In this document: piece by piece, positions 1-11,617 of the stretch
How positions within the stretch are numbered: the stretch's first letter is position 1
Layout: each line of letters begins with the position of its first letter
Assembly: GCA_043821445.1 (NCBI GenBank)
Contig: JBDRCT010000033.1
Span: forward strand, 69,391-133,390
Direction: 5' to 3'
Length of the DNA stretch: 64,000 bases
From: Candidatus Omnitrophota bacterium
GTDB taxonomy: Bacteria > Omnitrophota > Omnitrophia > Omnitrophales > Aquincolibacteriaceae
Notes under the pieces: model-generated
Told to the model about the DNA's origin: nothing
What the model saw: the letters and a program-made list of their open reading frames with translations, nothing else
Database searches by the model: none
Program-made: the position numbers and the translations under genes

Positions 1-2941
<2,941 letters not shown>

Positions 2942-2945
<4 letters not shown>

Positions 2946-3961
2946 GCCTTTCGGATCGCTTCTTCAAGTTCTTCGGGAGTGACCGTCGCGGTGCCAAGTT
3001 TGCCGACCACAATACCGGCGGCAAGATTCGATATCTTCGCGGCTTCCTGCATTTTCGCGCCCGCCGCCAATGCAACCGCAAGTGTCGCGATCACCGTATC
3101 CCCGGCGCCGGAGACATCATAAACTTCGCGCGCAGCAGTCGGAACTATGGTTAGTTTTTTATTTTTTTCAAAAAGAGCCATGCCATCCTCGCCGAGTGTG
3201 ATCAGCACGGAATCAAGTTTCAGTTTTTTCATCAGGCCCCATCCCACCTCTTCGAGTTCCGGCGTTTTGTAACAGGACCCATGAGTGCGTTCATAACCCA
3301 TGTAGGCTTCACTACGGTTCGGGGTGATGCAAGTCACGCCCTGGTAATAGACGAAATGTTTTTCCTTGGGATCTACAAGCACGGGTTTTTTGAATTTCTT
3401 AGCAAGCCGAACAATTTCCTTTAAAAGAAAGGGTTGCATCACGCCTTTTCCGTAATCCTCAAGGATCACAACATCCATTCGGTGGATATGCTCGCGAACA
3501 AATTTTAGGATCTTTAAAAGATGCGCCTTGGCAACATCGTCTGTTTTTTCACGGTCAAAACGGACCACCTGTTGGGAATGCGCGATCACGCGGGTTTTAA
3601 GGGACGTCGGACGCGCTGGATCATAAATAATCCCACCCGTCTCAATCCCCTGCTTGCGCATCGCCCTAAGCAACATACGCCCATAAAAATCGCGGCCTAC
3701 CACTCCACAAGGGCAAACCTGACCTCGAAGAGACCGGATATTATTGGCTACGTTAAGCGATCCCCCCGGCATAAAAGATTCCCGCTCGACCTTGACCACC
3801 GGGACCGGCGCCTCGGGAGAAATACGCTTCACGTTCCCCCAGACAAATTGATCCAGAATGAAATCCCCGATCACGAGAATACGGACCTCCTGGAACCTTT
3901 CAAGGATCTCGAGAAAGCATCTTTTTTCCAAGTTACTCAGTGGCAAGGATGTGGTCTTCAT
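2942..3961 (-). CDS. hldE: D-glycero-beta-D-manno-heptose-7-phosphate kinase (HldE/RfaE domain I only, pfkB family)
   Basis: 339 aa. ILVIGDFILDQFVWGNVKRISPEAPVPVV, and a C-terminal DVSGAGDTV ribokinase signature. The adenylyltransferase domain II is not fused. Confidence 0.8.
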
Positions 3962-3977
3962 GGGTCCCTCTGATACT

Positions 3978-4020
3978 AAAAAAGAGGACAGGCTTGTCTC
4001 TCTGCAACCCGCCTGTCCTT
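3978..4020 (-). terminator. Putative intrinsic terminator downstream of fmdB
   Basis: On the minus strand, an 8-bp GC-rich stem (ggacaggc / gcctgtcc) is followed by a U-run (cuCUUUUUU). Confidence 0.5.
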
Positions 4021-4137
4021 TAATAATTCGGAATTATGCGATGTATTTTAACATCAGAAGGAAGCCGTGTCAATGAAAGGAAATCTCTTTAAGTCTTTTA
4101 AATATAATGGGTTAGAAATGATTTGCAGCAGAAAATC

Positions 4138-4425
4138 TTATTTCTTCTTTACGTCACAGGACGAACAATCTCCAGAGCATGCCGGGGTCGAAGGGACGTC
4201 CTTTGGGGGAACATCTTTCTTAGCCGATTCTTTGTAACCTTTGGAGCGGTAATCGGTTTGGTAAAAGCCGCTTCCCTTGAAAAGCACCCCCGCCCCTCCG
4301 GAGATCACACGCCGGGCTTTGGCTTTTCCGCATTTCGGACATTTCTTGATGGGCTTGTCGCTCATGGATTGGTATTTTTCAAACCTGTGCTCGCACGTTC
4401 CGCATTCGTATTCATAAGTTGGCAT
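4138..4425 (-). CDS. FmdB-family zinc-ribbon putative regulatory protein
   Basis: 95 aa. MPTYEYECGTCEHRFE...CPKCG is the FmdB CxxC...CxxC ribbon. An aaggag RBS sits upstream. Confidence 0.75.
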   Translation of the reverse strand: MPTYEYECGTCEHRFEKYQSMSDKPIKKCPKCGKAKARRVISGGAGVLFKGSGFYQTDYRSKGYKESAKKDVPPKDVPSTPACSGDCSSCDVKKK

Positions 4426-4540
4426 ATATTATTTCTCCTTTTATGGGAATGATTCTGTGGGATAATCCTTATCATCACTGAAAAAACGGTGATCTTCTGA
4501 GGACCCTGGTTTTTAAGAATGACTTTTTCCTTAAAGAGTC

Positions 4541-6055
4541 TTACGCATCGAAAAGACTCACGGTAGAGAAATCCGTATCGCTGGTCACATTGATCCCAAG
4601 ACGTTTAAGCCCTTTATCATCCCCGGAGGTCGGAATATGGGTCATATGAGCTTCGCACCCGTTCAATTCCTTTAGTTTCGCCATGGCGGCCTCTGCCGAA
4701 GGATTGGTCGCGGCGCTGATACTCAAGGCCACCAAAATCTCATCCAGGTTCAGGCTCACTGCATGAGACCCCATAATATCCTGTTTAAGACGTCCGATGG
4801 ACTCGATCACTCCCAGTGACAGAAGATGAATGCTGTCAGGAATACCGGCGAGCTTTTTGACGGCGTTCAGCACGAGGCTCGAAGCCGCGTGCATAAGCGG
4901 CGTGTTCTTCCCGGTCACGATGGATCCATCGTGAAGCTCGATCGCAGCCCCACAATAAATTCCCTTGTTGCCCTCTCCGAGGCGCTGCGATTCCTGAGCC
5001 ATTGCCCGCGCGGGAAGTACCACGCGCCGGTCCTCGATCTTCGCATCCAGCTCCTTCATCAAAAGTTCCGTCCTCTGCGCCGCTTCTTTTTCTACAAACC
5101 CCATGACGTATTCGCAGGAATAGCGGAAATAGCGCGAGATGACTTCCTGAACAGCGGCCTTCCGGACAATTTCATCATCCACAATTCCGAAACCGGCGCA
5201 GTTAACTCCCATATCCGTGGGTGACTTGTAGATCGAGCGTTTCCCCATGATCTTTTTCAGGATGCGCTGAAGCACCGGAAATATCTCGAGATCACGGTTG
5301 TAATTGACCGTAGTTTTTTTATGAGCCTCGAGATGGAACGAATCGATCATATTGATATCGCCCAGGTCCGCGGTCGCGGCCTCATACGCCACGTTCACGG
5401 GATGCTTGAGCGGCAGGTTCCAGATCGGAAAGGTTTCGAACTTTGAGTAGCCGCTTTCGAGACCCCGCGTGTGCTCGTGATAGAGCTGGGAAAGACAGGT
5501 CGCAAGTTTTCCGCTTCCGGGCCCCGGCCCGGTTACGATCGCGATCGGATTTTTGGTTTCAATGTATTCGTTTGCTCCATAACCCGCGGGGCTGACGATC
5601 ATCTCCACGTCCGTGGGATATCCTTTGGTGAACCGATGCGTGTAGACGCGAATGCCACGTCTTTCCAGTTTGTTTTTGAAAATCGTGGCGGCCGGTTGTT
5701 CATTAAACCGCGTAATTACCACCGCCGTGATCGTAAGCCCCCAGGTCTTCAGATCATCGATCATTTTAAAGGCATCGGCATCGTAGGTGATACCGAAATC
5801 CGCCCGCAATTTCCGCCGCTCGATGTCCCCGGCGTGAATGCAGAGGATGATATCGATCTTGTCCTTAAGTCTTTGAAGAAGCCGCATCTTGACGTTCGGA
5901 TCATACCCGGGAAGGACCCGTGCAGCGTGATGATCGAAAAGTAATTTTCCGCCGAACTCGATATAAAGTTTGTTACTGTATTTCTTAACCCGTTTGAGAA
6001 TGGCTTCGGACTGCTCCTTCAAATATTTTTCATTATCAAAACCTGTTTTTTTCAT
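4541..6055 (-). CDS. DUF1846 / UPF0371 family protein
   Basis: About 505 aa. MKKTGFDNEKYLKEQSEAILKRV...GPGPGSGKLATCLSQLYHEH resembles UPF0371 proteins. The start is probably the MKKTG methionine, not the upstream one in the track. Confidence 0.65.
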   Translation of the reverse strand: MKKTGFDNEKYLKEQSEAILKRVKKYSNKLYIEFGGKLLFDHHAARVLPGYDPNVKMRLLQRLKDKIDIILCIHAGDIERRKLRADFGITYDADAFKMIDDLKTWGLTITAVVITRFNEQPAATIFKNKLERRGIRVYTHRFTKGYPTDVEMIVSPAGYGANEYIETKNPIAIVTGPGPGSGKLATCLSQLYHEHTRGLESGYSKFETFPIWNLPLKHPVNVAYEAATADLGDINMIDSFHLEAHKKTTVNYNRDLEIFPVLQRILKKIMGKRSIYKSPTDMGVNCAGFGIVDDEIVRKAAVQEVISRYFRYSCEYVMGFVEKEAAQRTELLMKELDAKIEDRRVVLPARAMAQESQRLGEGNKGIYCGAAIELHDGSIVTGKNTPLMHAASSLVLNAVKKLAGIPDSIHLLSLGVIESIGRLKQDIMGSHAVSLNLDEILVALSISAATNPSAEAAMAKLKELNGCEAHMTHIPTSGDDKGLKRLGINVTSDTDFSTVSLFDA

Positions 6056-6209
6056 GGATCTAGCCCCTTTTCGCAAGCGATAACGCCTTGTGGTCTCCCC
6101 TGAGATTTATACTTGTGCTTGAAATGGACTGGATTTTATCATGTGAGACACAAAGAAAGAACGGGTTAATTTATGGGAGAGAACTTCGCGAACAAGGAAT
6201 CTCGTTCTT

Positions 6210-7001
6210 CTAGGAACCGGCACCCGGTTCGTAGCCAACGAGTGTGGCGACGACTTCACCGAGAACGGGGACCTTGACTTTCATCATAAGCGGGACGCGA
6301 TGTTCGTCCATACTCATCCAACCGCGGATTTTTCCTCGCCGGACAAAAAAACCTTCGAACAAAATGATCGGCTCGACCTCGACCGCCTGAAAAACGCCCA
6401 TGGGGCCGATCTTCATTTCCTTGACGCCATGCGTAACGACTTCAAGATCCCAGTTCTTCTCGTCCGCGTTCACCGGGATCAGGGTCTTGGAATCGGTTTT
6501 TAGATCCTGGAGCCGGAGCCAATAGCAGCACGAGATCTGATCCTGAACATGCTTAGGGATGAACATCTCTTTGTGGCTGTTGTCCTTGCGGGAATAAAAG
6601 CGGCCGATGTGTTCATCCTGGTCGTATTCCATGGACTCGTCCGTCCAGTAGCGACCTTCTTTGATCTTCTTTTCATACCGAAGGGAGTGAAAGTGCTCGG
6701 CATCCATATAGGTATGATGTGTGTCCCGAACCTTGTAGATCCAATCAATTACCGCTCGCGAGCGAATGTTAATCTCTATGTGATAGGCGTCACGACCATT
6801 TACTTTAACGATCTCTTTGACCTCAGACTCCGCTTCCCCCACGGTGATCCCGAGATAACTGATCTCGAATTTTATTTTCTCCCCCAAAAAGATCTTCGCG
6901 GCGGGTTTTTCGGAATAGGGGAAGATCTTTTCCGTCTCCCCTGCAGAACCCGCCGGCATAAGAAAGACCAGCATTAAGAGAAGAAATGCGCATTTTTTCA
7001 T
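6210..7001 (-). CDS. Secreted DUF3108-like protein
   Basis: A signal peptide (MKKCAFLLLMLVFLMPAGSAG) is followed by a roughly 240-aa beta-rich domain. The family assignment is tentative. Confidence 0.45.
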   Translation of the reverse strand: MKKCAFLLLMLVFLMPAGSAGETEKIFPYSEKPAAKIFLGEKIKFEISYLGITVGEAESEVKEIVKVNGRDAYHIEINIRSRAVIDWIYKVRDTHHTYMDAEHFHSLRYEKKIKEGRYWTDESMEYDQDEHIGRFYSRKDNSHKEMFIPKHVQDQISCCYWLRLQDLKTDSKTLIPVNADEKNWDLEVVTHGVKEMKIGPMGVFQAVEVEPIILFEGFFVRRGKIRGWMSMDEHRVPLMMKVKVPVLGEVVATLVGYEPGAGS

Positions 7002-7091
7002 AAGGATCAGTTCCGGATAGTCCCAATACCCATCCATCGAAGCAAAGCTGAGATTGGGGCAATCCTTGTCGACCATTTTGGAAATAAAATC

Positions 7092-7352
7092 TTAGACAAG
7101 GATAGTCCTGTCCAGGCAAGCACCCATCCCGTCACAGAATATTTCTTTAACGAGTACGGCTTTCTTGCCCTGGCTTCTATTTTCGTTTTCTAGAAGATTA
7201 CCAGGGCTAGCCTCATGAACCTTTGCTCCTCCTGATGGAGAATGGGGCTTGTGTTCATCTTCCAGCACCAGAGCGCCTTCCGCGCATGCTTGGGTGCAAA
7301 GTCCGCATCCGTTGCATTTTTCCCGGTCGATCTCAATGATCTTACGTTTCAT
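7092..7352 (-). CDS. Small 4Fe-4S ferredoxin-like protein, interrupted in-frame by a repeat element
   Basis: [23 protein letters not shown] is a CxxCxxCxxxC cluster motif. The middle of the ORF (about 7158-7252) is coded by repeat copy R-A. The C-terminus has only CDGMGAC. Confidence 0.4.
   Translation of the reverse strand: MKRKIIEIDREKCNGCGLCTQACAEGALVLEDEHKPHSPSGGAKVHEASPGNLLENENRSQGKKAVLVKEIFCDGMGACLDRTILV
7158..7252 (-). repeat. R-A: double-hairpin repeat element inside the ferredoxin-like ORF
   Basis: Minus strand: ACAAGCCCCATTCTCCATCAGGAGGAGCAAAGGTTCATGAGGCTAGCC + CCTGG-loop(GAAAACGAAAATAGAAG)-CCAGG + GCAAGAAAGCC. Confidence 0.6.
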
Positions 7353-7394
7353 GATAACCTCTTTGTCGCTAAAGGGGTCAGGCATCTTTTTTCT

Positions 7395-8477
7395 TCAAGA
7401 AGGTTCCCGACCCTTTGCTTGTTCAAATGCCTCTTCCGGCTTTAAATCGGTGAGACACGCGATCGTTTGACACTCCTTATGATAGCGGAATTTGTAGTAA
7501 CACGGACGGCATTCCAATCCTCGTTTAAAGATGGCGACCGCATCAGGCGAGGGCGGATAGGGTCCGTACACCTCGGGCGGCACGGGCCCGTAGAAAGCCA
7601 GGAGCGGCACATGAAGCGCATGCGCCAAATGGACGAGGCCTCCGTCATTGCCGGCAAAAAGCGCGGACTTTTTGAGGACCATGGCCGTTTGTGTAAGGTT
7701 CGTCTCCCCCGCCAGCACGACCGAGGGCGGTTGGATCATCGCCTGCAATTCTTCGCATAATGCCCGCTCGGAACGACTGCCCAAGATGGCGACGCCGTGG
7801 ATGTCTCTTTCTGCTTGAAGTTTTTTGATCAGTTCCGCGAAATACTTCACGGGCCAGCGCTTGAAAGAAGCCTCCTTCCCCCACGAATCCCCCCCGCCGG
7901 GAGCGACTGCGAGAAAACGCTCCGACAGGAGCTTTAATTTTCCGGCAACCTCCGCCTCGATCAAAAATTCGAGCTTCGGAAAAAAATATTCGAGAAAACG
8001 GTCTTTCACAGGAACACCGGCCGCCTCCGCGAGATCACAGTAAAAATCCACGACGTGACGTTTCCAGAACGCCTCAGGAAGCGAAAAATGGATATTGTGG
8101 AATAGGGCGCGCTTTTTATACGCAAATCCCGCACAACGGGGAACGCCAAGAAAGAACCGGCCCCAAAAGGCATGTTCGCGCCGCAGTGAATAATCCAGGA
8201 TCAGATCATAATGCCTGGCCCGGAGTTTCCGGCTCAGTTCCCAGTGGTCTCGAAGATTTTCGAGCCAGGTCTGACGATGAACGCGGTCCTTATCCACGAC
8301 AAAAATATCATCGATGTGGGGATTATGCTCCACCACCTCACGGGTACGGGACCCCAACAGAAGATCGACGGTCTCGACCGTCGGGATGAGACGAAGCGCA
8401 CGCATGACGGGTGTTACAAAGAGAAGGTCCCCGATCCCATACGGATGAACGATGAGTACACGGCGAAGCGTTCTCAT
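7395..8477 (-). CDS. Glycosyltransferase family 9 (ADP-heptose:LPS heptosyltransferase-like) #1
   Basis: 360 aa. N-terminal VLIVHPYGIGDLLFVTPVMRAL and C-terminal GNDGGLVHLAHALHVPLLAFYGP, both GT9 hallmarks. Confidence 0.85.
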   Translation of the reverse strand: MRTLRRVLIVHPYGIGDLLFVTPVMRALRLIPTVETVDLLLGSRTREVVEHNPHIDDIFVVDKDRVHRQTWLENLRDHWELSRKLRARHYDLILDYSLRREHAFWGRFFLGVPRCAGFAYKKRALFHNIHFSLPEAFWKRHVVDFYCDLAEAAGVPVKDRFLEYFFPKLEFLIEAEVAGKLKLLSERFLAVAPGGGDSWGKEASFKRWPVKYFAELIKKLQAERDIHGVAILGSRSERALCEELQAMIQPPSVVLAGETNLTQTAMVLKKSALFAGNDGGLVHLAHALHVPLLAFYGPVPPEVYGPYPPSPDAVAIFKRGLECRPCYYKFRYHKECQTIACLTDLKPEEAFEQAKGREPS

Positions 8478-9547
8478 ACAATCCTTCTCTCGATCTTGGC
8501 AGGATCAGAATGATGAGATATCAACTCTTTCACCGCCAGATAAACATCCTCCACGGCAATCTCATCGATATAGGTGAACTTCCGTTCGGCTTCCGGAATG
8601 TGGGAGACATCCTTCGCGACCACGCGAGAACGCTTCCCCGGCGGTCGCCAGCGTCCGGGCCCAAGACCTGCCTCATACCGTCCAAAAATGGAAACCACCG
8701 GCGTGCCGACCGCTGTCGCGATATGCACGGGTCCGGAATCATTGGAGACAAGCAGGGACGATCTTTGAAGGAGTGCGCCCAGATGCCCAAGCGAAAGCCT
8801 TCCGCTCAGATCAAAGACCGGTGCCGGAGTGTTTTGGGTCAGTCTTTCGATGAGAGGACGGTCCTGGGCGGTTCCTATCGCAATGAAAACGCTGGAGCGG
8901 TCCTTTTGGATCCGGGTCACAAGTTCGGCAAAGCGCGCAGCCGGCCACATTTTGGTCACATCGCTTGCCGAGGGATTGAGAACGATCCAGGGCCGATCGC
9001 ATGGAATTTTGTGGAACATACGCAAGCTCTCGAAAGAGCGGGCAAACCGGTCTGTAACAGGAAAAAAGGTTTCGATCTCTTGGGGAGGCGTCACGCCCAA
9101 AAGGTCCAGGAGCTCAAAAAGATATTCGGCTTCCTGTTTTTTTCCTTCTTTTTTATTATAAGGATGAACATGCGTAAGCGCCCACGGTGCGCGGCGTGCG
9201 TAACCTATGCGCAGGGGGATCCCCGCGAACCACGCGGCAAGATGCATCCTGTTTGTGCCATGGGCATGGACCACCACATCAAATCCTTTGCTCCGGAGTT
9301 TTTGACTGAAACGGAACTGCCCCCAAAGTCCGCGCTCGCTCCCTTTTTTATCATAGAGGATCACCTCGTCTAAGAAAGGATTCTCCTGAACGATCTCGCG
9401 ATGTTCGAGGAACACAACCGCCGCGATCCAGGCTTTCGGAAATTTTTGCCGTAGGGCCTTAAAGAGCGGCGTAGTGAGAACGATGTCCCCGATGCGATCG
9501 GTGCGTGTGATGAGAATGCGCGGGGCTTCAGGAAGATTAAGCGGCAT
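8474..9547 (-). CDS. Glycosyltransferase family 9 heptosyltransferase-like #2
   Basis: 357 aa. ILITRTDRIGDIVLTTPLFKAL...SNDSGPVHIATAVGTPVVSIFG. Confidence 0.85.
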   Translation of the reverse strand: MPLNLPEAPRILITRTDRIGDIVLTTPLFKALRQKFPKAWIAAVVFLEHREIVQENPFLDEVILYDKKGSERGLWGQFRFSQKLRSKGFDVVVHAHGTNRMHLAAWFAGIPLRIGYARRAPWALTHVHPYNKKEGKKQEAEYLFELLDLLGVTPPQEIETFFPVTDRFARSFESLRMFHKIPCDRPWIVLNPSASDVTKMWPAARFAELVTRIQKDRSSVFIAIGTAQDRPLIERLTQNTPAPVFDLSGRLSLGHLGALLQRSSLLVSNDSGPVHIATAVGTPVVSIFGRYEAGLGPGRWRPPGKRSRVVAKDVSHIPEAERKFTYIDEIAVEDVYLAVKELISHHSDPAKIERRIV

Positions 9548-10490
9548 TCAGAAGCTCCAGGGAAAGTTCGATCACTTTTTCGGGCTTAAGTCCATGGAAA
9601 CAACTCCTCTCGGAGCGGGGCAATTGATCGGACCCACAGGAACAGTTTTGAGCCTCTTCTCGCGCAATGCGGAATTTCGGGCCTTCGTGTCCGTACTTCT
9701 CATGGTCCGTCGGTCCGAAGATCCCAACGGTCGGCGTGCCCAATTCGAATCCAAGATGCATGATCGCGCTGTCGTTGGCGATCACAAGCGAAGCGTTCGC
9801 GATAAGCGCCGCCGTCTCGGGCAGAACAAGATCCCCGCAGAAAACTCCAACGATGCCGGGATGTTCCGCCAGAATGTTGTCAGCTACCGGTCTTTCACTA
9901 AAGGTCCCCACCAAAAGGATCTTCTTGCCGGTCCTCTCGTGAAGCACCCGGATCACTTCCTTGAAGTGTTGAACCGGCCACCGCTTCCTCTCGCTGGCCG
10001 CCCCTGCCGCTACCAGGATCCACCCATCCTTTTCCGTGATCCCCGCAGCGTCCAACGTGCGCCGTGCAAAGATCTTATCCGCTGGATTAAAAAAATGAAA
10101 AGGAGCGGGATCGGGAATGCCGGGCTCTACGGTCGCGAGCATTTCGAGGTGGCGGTCTCGCATGTTGACCTTGGTGAATTTCCTGAAAAGAGGGGTTTTC
10201 TTGCCGCAGGAGACCAGGAACGGAATGGCGGTATTACGCAGGTCCACGACACAGTGATATTTTACTTTGCGAAGTTCCGCAATAAATTTCAATTTTTCCC
10301 AAAGGGAAGCTTTCTTATCGTAGATCACGACTTTATGGATATCGGGACTCCTCTGCAAAACGCTCCGCGCACGCGGCCCCACCACCACTGTGATCCGCGC
10401 CCCAGGATATTTCCGGGCAAGTGCCATGATCACCGGCGTCGTCAGGATCACATCCCCGAAATTGCTTAAAGTCACGACAAGAATATTCAT
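9537..10490 (-). CDS. Glycosyltransferase family 9 heptosyltransferase-like #3
   Basis: 317 aa. ILVVTLSNFGDVILTTPVIMAL...ANDSAIMHLGFELGTPTVGIFGP. Confidence 0.85.
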   Translation of the reverse strand: MNILVVTLSNFGDVILTTPVIMALARKYPGARITVVVGPRARSVLQRSPDIHKVVIYDKKASLWEKLKFIAELRKVKYHCVVDLRNTAIPFLVSCGKKTPLFRKFTKVNMRDRHLEMLATVEPGIPDPAPFHFFNPADKIFARRTLDAAGITEKDGWILVAAGAASERKRWPVQHFKEVIRVLHERTGKKILLVGTFSERPVADNILAEHPGIVGVFCGDLVLPETAALIANASLVIANDSAIMHLGFELGTPTVGIFGPTDHEKYGHEGPKFRIAREEAQNCSCGSDQLPRSERSCFHGLKPEKVIELSLELLNAA

Positions 10491-11617
10491 GGCTTCCTCA
10501 AGATCTTTTCGACCGCATCCAAGACCTCCTCTGGAGTGATGTGCGAAAGCCAGCCTTCTGCCGGAAGGTTCTTGGCGCTCGCCCCGTTACAAAAATCAAC
10601 GCCTTGCTTTTGGGGAAAAAAGTTCTTGAGGAATCTCCCTTTGATATTTCCAAGAACACTCCCTGTTTTCATTTTTGTAACGGGGTAGAAAGGGATCGTA
10701 TAACCCGGAGGAACATATTGCAGCACAAGGCTCTCGCCTCTCCCCCGGGGCCCGGTGAGTTTCGGATCTGTGGGGCCAAAAAGGGCAACGACCGGGGCAC
10801 CGGTGCCGGAAGCGATGTGCATAGGCCCGGAATCTCCGGTCACAAGACATGCCGCATGCTTGTAAATCGCGGCAGAAACACGCAACTCCGTTTTCCCGAC
10901 CAAAGAGATGATCTTTGCGCGACGGACCCCGGATAGGAATTCTTCAAAGAGGGTCTCGTCATTTGGGGAACCGGTCACCACAACCGGAAGCTGCCATTTC
11001 GCTTCGATCTTCTCTGCAAGCGCGGCAAAATGTGCGGCCGGCCAGCGCTTGGGCTCCCAATTCGCTCCCAGATGAAAGCAGATGTATTTCGTGTTCTTTC
11101 CGATACCATGCATCCCGAGGACCTCGCTTGCGGCTTGTTCGTCCTCCTCCTTATAAAAAAACCGGTAGGCTCTTTCCAAGGGAAGCTCAAATCCGGCTCC
11201 TTTCATCATGTTGAAAAAATAATCCAGCTGGTGCATCGGATGCGCGGGTTCCTCGACCGCCAGCGACAAAAATCCTTTCCTTCCTTTTCCGTAACCGATA
11301 CGTTCTTTAACTCCGGCGAGTGCAAGGAACACCGCTCGCGAACGGGAACGATGAAAGAGATAGCCCCGGTCCCAGGGTCCGCGCCTCCTTAACTCCAAAA
11401 CAAATTGCATTCTCGCGAGCCAGGAACGATGCGTGCTCTTTTCGTCAAAGCCTAAGAATCCCGAAACCGCGGGATGAACCTCCAGGATCTCCCGGCATCG
11501 CTCGGGCGCAATGCAAACGATCGAGGCTTCGGGGTATTTTTGTTTGATAAGATCGAGCGCAGGCATTTGGAACAGCAGATCCCCGAGCCAATTTTTCATC
11601 ACAGCGAGGATCTTCAT
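10487..11617 (-). CDS. Glycosyltransferase family 9 heptosyltransferase-like #4
   Basis: MKILAVMKNWLGDLLFQMPAL...TGDSGPMHIASGTGAPVVALFGP. The start is likely at the MKILAV methionine, giving a 4-nt overlap with the upstream gene. Confidence 0.8.
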   Translation of the reverse strand: MKILAVMKNWLGDLLFQMPALDLIKQKYPEASIVCIAPERCREILEVHPAVSGFLGFDEKSTHRSWLARMQFVLELRRRGPWDRGYLFHRSRSRAVFLALAGVKERIGYGKGRKGFLSLAVEEPAHPMHQLDYFFNMMKGAGFELPLERAYRFFYKEEDEQAASEVLGMHGIGKNTKYICFHLGANWEPKRWPAAHFAALAEKIEAKWQLPVVVTGSPNDETLFEEFLSGVRRAKIISLVGKTELRVSAAIYKHAACLVTGDSGPMHIASGTGAPVVALFGPTDPKLTGPRGRGESLVLQYVPPGYTIPFYPVTKMKTGSVLGNIKGRFLKNFFPQKQGVDFCNGASAKNLPAEGWLSHITPEEVLDAVEKILRKP

